This document shows, in pieces, positions 46,928 to 55,113 of a DNA stretch of 64,000 bases (position 1 is its first letter; each line of letters opens with the position of its first letter). Below the pieces are notes generated by a model. The model had not been told where the DNA came from. It did not search any database and was given only the letters and a program-made list of their open reading frames with translations. Source of the stretch: a virus; IMG/VR virus record IMGVR_UViG_3300031569_001508, positions 18,171 through 82,170 of that record; one strand, 5' to 3'. Made by a program: the position numbers and the translations under genes.

Positions 46928-46930
46928 TAT

Positions 46931-46946
46931 AATATGTATAATAAAA
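46931..46946 (+). promoter_or_regulatory. putative late promoter AATATGTATAATAAAA
   Basis: Identical 16-mer also at 48311. Confidence 0.55.
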
Positions 46947-46961
46947 TAAAATAAAATTAAT

Positions 46962-47264
46962 ATGACTCACACTTATACTATACACGATTTACTAAAAGAC
47001 TCAAGTACAGGAGTTGTATCAAAAGTTTGGTATGGCATTACAACTCAAGTTGGTGGAGATTCTAATATGATTCAAGAAATAGTACACTTAAGTGGATCTA
47101 ATTCAGATGATGGATTTATAGCTTATGATAGCTTAACAGAATCAGATGTACTAGGTTGGGTACATGCAACTAAAGATGAAACCTATGTTGAAACAGAAGC
47201 ATCTCAATCTTTTGAAAAATATATAAAAGCAAAAAATACGTCAAACGGATCACTTCCTTGGTAA
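46962..47264 (+). CDS. small phage protein (tail-fibre-assembly-like)
   Basis: FIAYDSLTESDVLGWV...LPW C-terminus. Confidence 0.55.
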   Translation: MTHTYTIHDLLKDSSTGVVSKVWYGITTQVGGDSNMIQEIVHLSGSNSDDGFIAYDSLTESDVLGWVHATKDETYVETEASQSFEKYIKAKNTSNGSLPW

Positions 47265-47270
47265 TAAAAT

Positions 47271-47321
47271 TTGGCTCCCCAAAATAGGGTTCGTATATTC
47301 ACGTCATAAATAAAGGTTATG
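47271..47321 (+). promoter_or_regulatory. promoter cassette copy
   Basis: TTGG-CTCC-CCAA dyad, N18 spacing to GTATATT, AATAAAGGTT-ATG. Confidence 0.78.
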
Positions 47322-47771
47322 GCACTTTGGAAATTCACAAATTTAAATAAATACGGTAATCCTAGATCTAGAATTATCTACAAACCTGATGGAATAGCGT
47401 TTTCACATGGTCCTGGATTTGGATCATTTGTTAATGTGCAAAGGTTTAAATATAAACATAAACATGAAATTTTACCACCATCATTATTTACTAATGTTAA
47501 AGGTGAAAAATTTATTGTTCCTGGTTTTCAAAAAGTAGATCTAAATACTACTTTAAATGATATCCAATGGGTTAAACCTAAAATTAAAGTTACAAGAAGC
47601 AAAACAATAGAAAAAACATTTAAAAGTAGTAGTAATGATAGTACCTACACAACTAAATACTACCCAGATTCTGGTAAATATTTTTGTGAGTGCCCAGGTT
47701 CTTGGAGATCAATGGGTAATTGTAAACATATAAAACAAATGAGAAATGAAAAAAACAATAAAGGAAATTAA
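47319..47771 (+). CDS. SWIM zinc-finger protein
   Basis: CECPG......CKH. Confidence 0.75.
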   Translation: MALWKFTNLNKYGNPRSRIIYKPDGIAFSHGPGFGSFVNVQRFKYKHKHEILPPSLFTNVKGEKFIVPGFQKVDLNTTLNDIQWVKPKIKVTRSKTIEKTFKSSSNDSTYTTKYYPDSGKYFCECPGSWRSMGNCKHIKQMRNEKNNKGN

Positions 47772-47901
47772 AGAAAATCAAAAATACCGTCAAGGTAGGA
47801 GTAAAGAACAAGTAAAATCTCATTATTTTGGAGCAAGTATTTCAATAACAGGTATTATACTATTATTTTTATATAGATTATTAATTCATATTTTTAACTA
47901 A
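47746..47901 (+). CDS. 51-aa membrane peptide (not in ORF track)
   Basis: ...YRQGRSKEQ... followed by a TM helix. Confidence 0.5.
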   Translation: MKKTIKEIKENQKYRQGRSKEQVKSHYFGASISITGIILLFLYRLLIHIFN

Positions 47902-48312
47902 ATGAGTAGAGGAAGACCATCAGAACAAGTAGAAATAATAAAGAAATACAATCAAGTATTTTATGAATATCCATCTAAACCAGAATTAGGAGAAACTACA
48001 ACATGGTACTATGACTTAGATAAGTCCCCAAATGGCCCTTATAAAGTAGAAACTAAATTTCCTAAAGGAGTTAAATATCCTAAGGTAAAAATTGAAAAAA
48101 ATAAAACATACGGTAAAATGCCAGTAGTATTAGTTTTTAAAACTTCCAATAGAAGTAATGCAAAAACTAAAATGAAAGTTTGGAGAAATACAAATATAGA
48201 TTATATCATATCTGCCAACAAATTACCAGGTGTACCTGATAAAGCAATTATATTACACTTATCAATAGGTGAAAATTTTGTAAAAAAATATAAATTAGCA
48301 TATAATCTTTAA
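47902..48312 (+). CDS. basic hypothetical protein
   Basis: 136 aa, N-terminal RGRP AT-hook-like motif. Confidence 0.6.
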   Translation: MSRGRPSEQVEIIKKYNQVFYEYPSKPELGETTTWYYDLDKSPNGPYKVETKFPKGVKYPKVKIEKNKTYGKMPVVLVFKTSNRSNAKTKMKVWRNTNIDYIISANKLPGVPDKAIILHLSIGENFVKKYKLAYNL

Positions 48313-48326
48313 TATGTATAATAAAA
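48311..48326 (+). promoter_or_regulatory. putative late promoter AATATGTATAATAAAA
   Basis: Identical to 46931. Confidence 0.55.
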
Positions 48327-48336
48327 GAATAAGATA

Positions 48337-49011
48337 ATGGCAACAAGAGCACTTATAGCATATTTAGATGATAGTAAAAAACTTACTAGCACTTATAATC
48401 ACTACGATGGTTACCCAGATTACCTAGGTAAAATATTATTAAATCATTTTGACGATGATACAGCTGCTAAAGGAGTAGCTATGGAGGGTTACATTTCAAA
48501 CATAGATGAAGATGGAACTATTAACTCAAAGTACGATGAAGCAGCTGATACAGAAATATTAGATGAAGAATCATTTTCGGCAGCAATGCAAATAGGGGGA
48601 AAAGTAAATGAATATGGTGGAGATTATGGATATATTTGGTTTAATAAACAATGGAATACTATAAAAAATAATGGTATTGAAGGGATGGCAAAGCAAATAG
48701 TAGAAGAATTAGAAGAATCTGGCATGTTTATGGTAGATGAAAATAAAGAAAAAGATATTATGAAAGAAGGTTACGAAGCAAAATGGGCAAAATTTTTAAA
48801 TGAAGCAAAAGAAATGGATTTTAGTGTTATAAAAAAATTCATTCAAGATGATTTACAAAGAGGTGACAGAGAAGATCCGGCGTTAGATGCTTACATTGAA
48901 TCACTTCAAAGAGACTTTGTAGCCGGCAGAGGTGACGCTTATAGTGATTATGAAATGGACGACTATGTTGAAGATTTCCAAAACTATGAAGCTGATAAAA
49001 TGGATTCATAA
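48337..49011 (+). CDS. acidic phage protein (MATR...HYDGYP family) with extra C-terminal domain
   Basis: MATRALI...YNHYDGYP..LG..L; acidic C-terminal module. Confidence 0.6.
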   Translation: MATRALIAYLDDSKKLTSTYNHYDGYPDYLGKILLNHFDDDTAAKGVAMEGYISNIDEDGTINSKYDEAADTEILDEESFSAAMQIGGKVNEYGGDYGYIWFNKQWNTIKNNGIEGMAKQIVEELEESGMFMVDENKEKDIMKEGYEAKWAKFLNEAKEMDFSVIKKFIQDDLQRGDREDPALDAYIESLQRDFVAGRGDAYSDYEMDDYVEDFQNYEADKMDS

Positions 49012-49101
49012 AAATTAATTAAAGACTTATGCAAGGGGATTTGGCTTAGCCAGATCCCCTTCGTATATTTATGGTATAAATAAAAAATAATAAAGGTTAT
49101 G
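49012..49101 (+). promoter_or_regulatory. promoter/stem-loop cassette
   Basis: AAATTAATTAAAGACTTATGC box; 13-bp hairpin AAGGGGATTTGGC-TTA-GCCAGATCCCCTT; TTGG-N18-GTATATT; AAGGTT-ATG. Confidence 0.85.
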
Positions 49102-49890
49102 TTAAAAACAGAAAAAAAAGTACAAAGTAAAGTAGTTAAAACTCCAACACTAAAGCTAAGTGTAAAAACTGTCAAAATGAAGAATTTAAATTTTGATAAG
49201 AAATTATTCGAACCAATGGCTACTGGAACCAAAGTTGATGCATTTTTTAGTGCAGAAGGTGGGGTTATGCCTGGTACAAATGTTGTAGTTACTGGTGATC
49301 CGGGAGTTGGTAAAACAACAGTATTATTAGATATATTAGGTGATCTTCAATCAAAAGGTAAAAAATGTTTATTTATAAGTGGAGAAATGAATGCTATCGA
49401 TATGGTAGGTTATGTTCGTAGATTTCCAAAATTTGGAGAATTAGATATATTATTTATGGGGGATTATGCTGAAGTAAATCCTGATGTGGTATTAAGAACA
49501 GCACTTAAAGAAGGTTATGATTGTGTATTAATAGATTCATTAGCAGAAATAAGTGATAATTATGTTGATCATTTTGGAGGTACTGGTAAATCAAATACTA
49601 ATAGAATACTTCAATTACTTGATGAACATAACCAAGCAAATAATCACGGAAATGTTAATACTACATTTTTGATAATACAACAAGTTACTAAAGGTGGAAC
49701 ATTTGTTGGGTCAAATAAAATAAAACATATGACAACAGCAATGGGTCATTTAAAATTTGATAGTGATGGTGGTAGATTTTTTCACTTTAGTAAAAATCGT
49801 AGAGGTGGAAATGGTAATAAGTTGTTTTTTAATTTAAATAGTAAAAATAAAGTTAACTGGTTATTTGATGAGCCAATAAACATGATATAA
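49099..49890 (+). CDS. RadA/Sms-like RecA-family ATPase (ATPase domain only)
   Basis: GGVMPG, GDPGVGKTT, ISGE, LIDS, QVTKGG.F.G, KNRRG. Confidence 0.8.
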   Translation: MLKTEKKVQSKVVKTPTLKLSVKTVKMKNLNFDKKLFEPMATGTKVDAFFSAEGGVMPGTNVVVTGDPGVGKTTVLLDILGDLQSKGKKCLFISGEMNAIDMVGYVRRFPKFGELDILFMGDYAEVNPDVVLRTALKEGYDCVLIDSLAEISDNYVDHFGGTGKSNTNRILQLLDEHNQANNHGNVNTTFLIIQQVTKGGTFVGSNKIKHMTTAMGHLKFDSDGGRFFHFSKNRRGGNGNKLFFNLNSKNKVNWLFDEPINMI

Positions 49891-49891
49891 T

Positions 49892-50074
49892 ATGAGTATA
49901 ATAACGTATTTAATAATTGGAACAGCATTTGCTTTTTTAGTGGATATGGCTTCTAACTTGGTAGGTGAAAGAGTATTTAATACATTGGAGAGGATAATTG
50001 CAATTATAAGTTGGCCTTTAACTTTACCTATTTTTATAATAGCATTTATTAAAGAATTATTTAAAAAAGAATAA
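49892..50074 (+). CDS. small membrane protein
   Basis: Two TM helices. Confidence 0.55.
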   Translation: MSIITYLIIGTAFAFLVDMASNLVGERVFNTLERIIAIISWPLTLPIFIIAFIKELFKKE

Positions 50075-50077
50075 GTT

Positions 50078-50428
50078 ATGATTATTAAAGATTTATTAAT
50101 TGGAGTTTTTATGTTTTTTATAGCTCACGTTTTAACATTTTTTCAATTAAATGGTCAATTTCTAAAAATAGATTGGTTTAGAAAAAATGAAATGTGGGTA
50201 GCAGCAGCAGGTATGATTTTATCATTCTTTTATATTTGGGGAACTAAATATGCTGTTAGTGGGTTTGGTGGTTTACTATGGCCTGCTAGATTTATTGGGT
50301 TTGGAGTTGGAATGATTATTTACACAATGGGTGTTAGTTATTTTTTTAATGAAGGAATAACAACTAAAACAGCAGTTAGTTTAATATTATCATTAGTGTT
50401 GATTTGTATACAAGTATTATGGAAATAG
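50078..50428 (+). CDS. 4-TM SMR/DMT-like membrane protein
   Basis: Four hydrophobic helices in 116 aa. Confidence 0.55.
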   Translation: MIIKDLLIGVFMFFIAHVLTFFQLNGQFLKIDWFRKNEMWVAAAGMILSFFYIWGTKYAVSGFGGLLWPARFIGFGVGMIIYTMGVSYFFNEGITTKTAVSLILSLVLICIQVLWK

Positions 50429-50598
50429 ATAAAAGAAAATATTTACTAGAAAATGGATGGTGGGCTCACTATCATGATAATTGTTGGTTTGAGTCATCTA
50501 AAGATGAATTTTATGTCAAATTTGACCGTGTAGTTGGATTTAGACCACAAAGTGAAGGTATAACATTAGAAGAAGCATATGAAAAGGCGAGAATATAA
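50419..50598 (+). CDS. hypothetical protein
   Basis: MEIDKRKYLLENGW...; ATG at 50419. Confidence 0.5.
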   Translation: MEIDKRKYLLENGWWAHYHDNCWFESSKDEFYVKFDRVVGFRPQSEGITLEEAYEKARI

Positions 50599-50713
50599 GG
50601 GTTGTGAATGGGAAAGCCCAATTTATAGACAAATAATAGCAGAAAAAAAAGCTAAAGAAAATAAAGAAATTATAAATGAATATAAAACAAAGCGAGGTAA
50701 GTATAGTAAGTAA
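50579..50713 (+). CDS. 44-aa basic peptide (not in ORF track)
   Basis: MKRREYKGCEWESPIYRQII...; fills the gap. Confidence 0.4.
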   Translation: MKRREYKGCEWESPIYRQIIAEKKAKENKEIINEYKTKRGKYSK

Positions 50714-50759
50714 AGTCGAAAAGCTCTTACTACAAATATCCAGGACATAATATGTATAT

Positions 50760-50975
50760 ATGATGATAACAGATTACTTAAAGTATGTAAATAATGAAGC
50801 CTATGTGGTTAAGCGTGAGACGCCCGTTCATATGTTTGCTAAAAAAGGAGAAAATAAGTTAAATATGGAGCTCCTACAAGCATGGAGGGATTACTTAGGA
50901 TGTGATCATGTTTTAAGAACCCAAACGCATTTTTTAATGTGTGAAACAATTGCAGATGCAGAAATAATTGAGTAA
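50760..50975 (+). CDS. hypothetical protein
   Basis: 71 aa; preceded by AATATGTATA at 50749. Confidence 0.55.
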   Translation: MMITDYLKYVNNEAYVVKRETPVHMFAKKGENKLNMELLQAWRDYLGCDHVLRTQTHFLMCETIADAEIIE

Positions 50976-51187
50976 TGACAAAAGTTAGTTATGATGAGTT
51001 TGATGATGAAATGAATCCATTTCATCCTTGTTTGAAATGTAGGAGTAAAGAATTTAGTATGAATTGGAATACTGGATTATATACTTGTGATAGTTGTGGT
51101 GAAAGTTTAAAAGCCGAAGTAGAAAAAAAATCTAAGCGTGTTGTAAAGCGCTTTAGAGGATTAAAAGATGAAGATGAAATTTATTAA
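50975..51187 (+). CDS. Zn-ribbon protein
   Basis: CLKC...CDSCG. Confidence 0.6.
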   Translation: MTKVSYDEFDDEMNPFHPCLKCRSKEFSMNWNTGLYTCDSCGESLKAEVEKKSKRVVKRFRGLKDEDEIY

Positions 51188-51488
51188 ATTTATATTAATT
51201 TGGATAAGCCAACAGCTAGCTATACCCTTTTGGATGGTTGGGCACTTTCACCTTTCGCTTTCATTAGATATTTATAGTGACGTAGAAATCCTTTTTGCTT
51301 CGCTTGGGATGAATTTAATTGTTGCAATTGGGTTTTGGTTAGATTGGAAGCAATATTCTAAAGCTAAGTCTGACCATGTTAAAATGTTACAAGAGCAAAT
51401 TAATCATAATAGAAGGTCGCTTAGTAGTACTTCTAGTACTGTTAACAAAATTGTAGAGGAAATTTCACAAATGAAAGTATATAAATAA
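51168..51488 (+). CDS. membrane protein with coiled coil
   Basis: Two TM helices plus heptads. Confidence 0.55.
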   Translation: MKMKFIKFILIWISQQLAIPFWMVGHFHLSLSLDIYSDVEILFASLGMNLIVAIGFWLDWKQYSKAKSDHVKMLQEQINHNRRSLSSTSSTVNKIVEEISQMKVYK

Positions 51489-51489
51489 T

Positions 51490-52356
51490 ATGAAAATAGT
51501 AGTAACTGGAGGATTGGGGTTTATTGGGTCGTCGTTTGTAAAAATGGCTAGTTCTAAAATGGCACACGTAGTTGTTATTGATAAGAATACATACGCTGCA
51601 GATCGTAAGAGATTAAAGGGTTGGACGTATGATTTTGTACAAAGAGATATTTGTGATGATGTTGAATTTGCTTGTAAGGATGCTGATTATATTGTTAATT
51701 TTGCAGCAGAATCTCATGTAGATAATTCTATTAGTAATGGTTTACCATTTATTAGATCTAACGTTGAGGGCACATTTAATATGCTTGAAATAGCAAGAAA
51801 AATACCTACATTAAAGAAATTTATTCAAATATCTACGGATGAAGTTTATGGTGATGTGTTAGAAGGGGTAAGTGAAGTTAATGATAATATTATTCCATCT
51901 TCATATTATTCTGCTACTAAGGCTGCTGCCGATCATTTAGTTATGGCTGCTGGGAGAACTTATAATTTACCATATTTAATTACTAGAACTTGTAATAATT
52001 TTGGTGTCCATCAACATAATGAAAAATTTTTACCAAAAATATTTGACAGCATTAAAAATAATAAAGAAATTCCAGTATATGGGGATGGTGAGCAGGTAAG
52101 AGAGTGGATTTGGGTTGAAGATAATGTAAGAGCTATTTGGGATGCTATGTTAAATGATGTGGGGGTAGTTCATATAGGAAGCCATGATAGGTGGAGTAAC
52201 AATCAGATAATACGCTCAATAGGTGAAATTTTAGGTAAAGAAGTTTCATTTAAATATGTTAAAGATAGATTGGGGCATGATAGAAGATATGCCTTAAATT
52301 CAAATAATGAAGTTACTTATAAATTAGGTGATTATTTAAATGATATTGAAAAATGA
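51490..52356 (+). CDS. rmlB: dTDP-glucose 4,6-dehydratase
   Basis: TGGLGFIG, AAESHVDNSI, STDEVYG, YSATK, DRLGHDRRY. Confidence 0.9.
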   Translation: MKIVVTGGLGFIGSSFVKMASSKMAHVVVIDKNTYAADRKRLKGWTYDFVQRDICDDVEFACKDADYIVNFAAESHVDNSISNGLPFIRSNVEGTFNMLEIARKIPTLKKFIQISTDEVYGDVLEGVSEVNDNIIPSSYYSATKAAADHLVMAAGRTYNLPYLITRTCNNFGVHQHNEKFLPKIFDSIKNNKEIPVYGDGEQVREWIWVEDNVRAIWDAMLNDVGVVHIGSHDRWSNNQIIRSIGEILGKEVSFKYVKDRLGHDRRYALNSNNEVTYKLGDYLNDIEK

Positions 52357-52487
52357 AAAAATGGATTTGGAATAAGTTTGGGAAAAAGTGGTTTCGTAGT
52401 GAAGTAACTGAGCAAAGGAAGGTGCAAAATCAAAGAAGTTACATTAAAGGCATGTTAAAACACCCGCAAAAATATTTGGAGAACTGA
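52353..52487 (+). CDS. 44-aa peptide (not in ORF track)
   Basis: MKKWIWNKFGKKWFRSE...; ATGA overlap. Confidence 0.4.
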   Translation: MKKWIWNKFGKKWFRSEVTEQRKVQNQRSYIKGMLKHPQKYLEN

Positions 52488-52557
52488 GGAATTGTTCGTA
52501 TATTTACGGGTAAATGAGGCGCAAAGCCATGCATTTAAAATTAAAATAAAAGTTATG
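52471..52557 (+). promoter_or_regulatory. promoter/stem-loop cassette
   Basis: AATATTTGGAGAA...TTGTTCGTATATTTACGGGTAAATGA-GGC-GCAAA-GCC...AAAGTT-ATG; resembles the 15285 copy. Confidence 0.8.
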
Positions 52558-52794
52558 TCAAAAGAAAATCAAGTTCTAGAATTAATTGATGGTTATGCAA
52601 ATGGTTTTATTACAGATCAAGAGTGTAATGAAATGTGTGATTTAATATTAAACGAAATCACAACAATCAAAATGAATCCAGTAGAAAAATTTAATGAAAT
52701 TGTTAATGAAATGATTAATCATTCAAACAATGCAGGTATTATAGTTGAATGCTCTGCTAATTTAGATTCACAAATGTATAACGAAAGCATTTAA
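52555..52794 (+). CDS. hypothetical protein
   Basis: True start at ATG 52555; the track's TTG at 52492 lies inside the promoter. Confidence 0.6.
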   Translation: MSKENQVLELIDGYANGFITDQECNEMCDLILNEITTIKMNPVEKFNEIVNEMINHSNNAGIIVECSANLDSQMYNESI

Positions 52795-52795
52795 G

Positions 52796-54061
52796 ATGGT
52801 AGAGATTAAAGAATTTATAGATAAAATGAGAGCTACGTCAAGTAGCACTGATAAAATCGCGATTATAGCGCAAAGTGATGCGTTTATACGCGATGTAATT
52901 GAAGCTACATATAACCCTTACAAGCAATATTATGTTACAAGTAAAACGTGTAAAAAAAATAGTGAAAAAGTAGCAAGTGGGCCAGTAATTCCATTACTTA
53001 AATTACTAAATATGCTTTCTACAAGGGAAGTTACAGGACATGATGCTATTAAATTAGTAAATAGATTTGCTCAAGCTAATGTTGGTTGGGATTTGATTTA
53101 TAAAATTATAGATAAAGATTTAGATATTAGAGTTGGAGCTTCTATTATAAATAAAGCAATTCCAAATTTAATCCCTACTTTTAATGTTGCATTAGCTCAA
53201 GAATATAAAGGTAAATGTGATTGGAATGATAGTTGGTATGCTTCTAGAAAATTAGATGGTGTTCGTTGTTTAGCTGTTACTGATGTTGATGGGAATTGTA
53301 CACTTTATTCTAGAATGGGTAAAGAATTAACTACGTTAAATAAAGTAAAAAAAGCTATTGAAGCTACAGGTATTATTAATACTGTGTTTGATGGTGAAAT
53401 TTGTTTAGTTGATGAAAATGGTGATGAAGATTTTCAGGGTGTAATGAAGCAATTAAGACGTAAAGATCATCAAATCGAAAATCCTGTATTTATGGTGTTT
53501 GATATGATTCATAAACCTGAATTTGATAATAAGAAAGGTGGTGAAGTATTATCATTAAGGTTAGCTAAATTAAGAGGATGGTTTAATGGTAAATTTATTA
53601 ATGATAATACATTACGTTATTGTCAACAATATGAAATAACTGATGGTAGACACTTTGATATGTGGAGTCAAATGGCAGCTGATAAGAAGTGGGAGGGGTT
53701 TATGATACGTAAAGATGTTGGTTATGAAGGTAAACGTAGCAAAAATTTACAAAAAGTAAAGAAATTTTACGATGCAGAGTATGTTGTTGTTGATTATGAT
53801 AATGATAATCATGAAGTAGTTAGAAATGGCAGGTCTGAAACTATCAAAATGTTAGCTCAAGTATGGATTGAACATAAGGGTTATAGAGTAAAAGTTGGTA
53901 GTGGATGGTCGCAAGAGCAACGTTTGCAATATATGGATGGATCAATTGTAGGTAAAACAATAACAGTACAATATTTTGAAGAAACCCACAATGATAAAGG
54001 TGGTATTAGTTTAAGATTTCCAACTGTTAAAGTAATACATGGAGATAAAAGAGAATTATAG
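52796..54061 (+). CDS. ATP-dependent DNA ligase
   Basis: RKLDGVR, FDGEI, VFD, EGFMIR, KRS, KVK, VGSG, LRFP. Confidence 0.93.
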   Translation: MVEIKEFIDKMRATSSSTDKIAIIAQSDAFIRDVIEATYNPYKQYYVTSKTCKKNSEKVASGPVIPLLKLLNMLSTREVTGHDAIKLVNRFAQANVGWDLIYKIIDKDLDIRVGASIINKAIPNLIPTFNVALAQEYKGKCDWNDSWYASRKLDGVRCLAVTDVDGNCTLYSRMGKELTTLNKVKKAIEATGIINTVFDGEICLVDENGDEDFQGVMKQLRRKDHQIENPVFMVFDMIHKPEFDNKKGGEVLSLRLAKLRGWFNGKFINDNTLRYCQQYEITDGRHFDMWSQMAADKKWEGFMIRKDVGYEGKRSKNLQKVKKFYDAEYVVVDYDNDNHEVVRNGRSETIKMLAQVWIEHKGYRVKVGSGWSQEQRLQYMDGSIVGKTITVQYFEETHNDKGGISLRFPTVKVIHGDKREL

Positions 54062-54535
54062 GTGAAAAAAAAAGTATTAAATTATATTAAATATGTGCTA
54101 GAAGTACCTAGAGATGAATATAATGGTATGCCCACTTGTCCTTTTGCTAAAAAAGAACGTGAAGATAATCAAATTTATATAGATACTTTAAGTAATGGTA
54201 ATGATTTTATAGTTTGTATGGATAATTTCATAAAATCTGGTAAAAAATCGGCAGTTTTTATACAAAATAATGAATTGAGTGAAAGAGAAACTAAACGTTA
54301 CCAACACTTTTTAAATAATACATTAAAAACCTTAGATTTAAGTAATTGGAAGGTATTATGTATAAATCCTAATGATACTTTAGAAGTAGATGGGTTTAAT
54401 GCTAGATCATTAGCTCCTTGCTTTATGGTTTTGATAAACAATAAAAAGGACATATATTATGCACATAAAAGTATGAAAAATACAAAATATTATGATAAAA
54501 TGGATCCAAAATATAAAAAATATTTAGGAGTATGA
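54062..54535 (+). CDS. hypothetical protein with CPFA motif
   Basis: GMPTCPFAK; GTG start. Confidence 0.6.
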   Translation: MKKKVLNYIKYVLEVPRDEYNGMPTCPFAKKEREDNQIYIDTLSNGNDFIVCMDNFIKSGKKSAVFIQNNELSERETKRYQHFLNNTLKTLDLSNWKVLCINPNDTLEVDGFNARSLAPCFMVLINNKKDIYYAHKSMKNTKYYDKMDPKYKKYLGV

Positions 54536-55005
54536 GAGTACCTATAAAACCTAGTGGAAGACGTGCATTGCCCTTTTATTGGTGGAGACGTTATAAAACA
54601 CATAAAAGTTTACCATATAAAGCATCACTTTTGAGTAAAATCAGAAATGGTGATTTTGAATACCCAGCTTATTTCCAACAAGCTGAGTGGGAATTACATT
54701 GGATGAAAGAAGAACAGGGGGATTTTATTGATAATTATCAAGGTCAAGATCCTAAACAAGATCGTTTATATCTAGACATCGAATTACGTGCTAGAAAACG
54801 TTATAATAAATTGTTTGAAGATGGTATGAAGACAGAGTATGAAAGGATTGCTGATTTAAAAACAAAATTATCTAAAAATTTTAAAATTAGTAAAGAAGAA
54901 GTTGAAAATGTTATGTCTGAATTTGGAGGCAACACAGAAAAGTTGTATTATCACATAGCAAAATTGAAGGGGTATAATTTAGATACAATGAAATTTTTTG
55001 AATAA
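54532..55005 (+). CDS. hypothetical protein
   Basis: FYWWRRY, KIRNGDFE. Confidence 0.65.
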   Translation: MRVPIKPSGRRALPFYWWRRYKTHKSLPYKASLLSKIRNGDFEYPAYFQQAEWELHWMKEEQGDFIDNYQGQDPKQDRLYLDIELRARKRYNKLFEDGMKTEYERIADLKTKLSKNFKISKEEVENVMSEFGGNTEKLYYHIAKLKGYNLDTMKFFE

Positions 55006-55006
55006 A

Positions 55007-55081
<75 letters not shown>

Positions 55082-55089
55082 CTATTAAT

Positions 55090-55104
55090 ATATTTATAAT
55101 AAAA
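55090..55104 (+). promoter_or_regulatory. putative late promoter ATATTTATAATAAAA
   Basis: Recurrent motif upstream of the GT fusion gene. Confidence 0.5.
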
Positions 55105-55113
55105 TAGTTTTTA

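Noticed and set aside
2891-49232. All minus-strand ORFs in the track (e.g. 8879-9427, 28510-28914, 29098-29415, 48984-49232)
   Set aside because: They are antisense shadows of well-supported + strand genes, with no motifs and no minus-strand promoters.
52492-52554. Track start codons at 52492, 63514, 26323, 19911 and 11195
   Set aside because: The extensions run through promoters, leaders or upstream genes; downstream ATGs in the conserved or coupled context were preferred.
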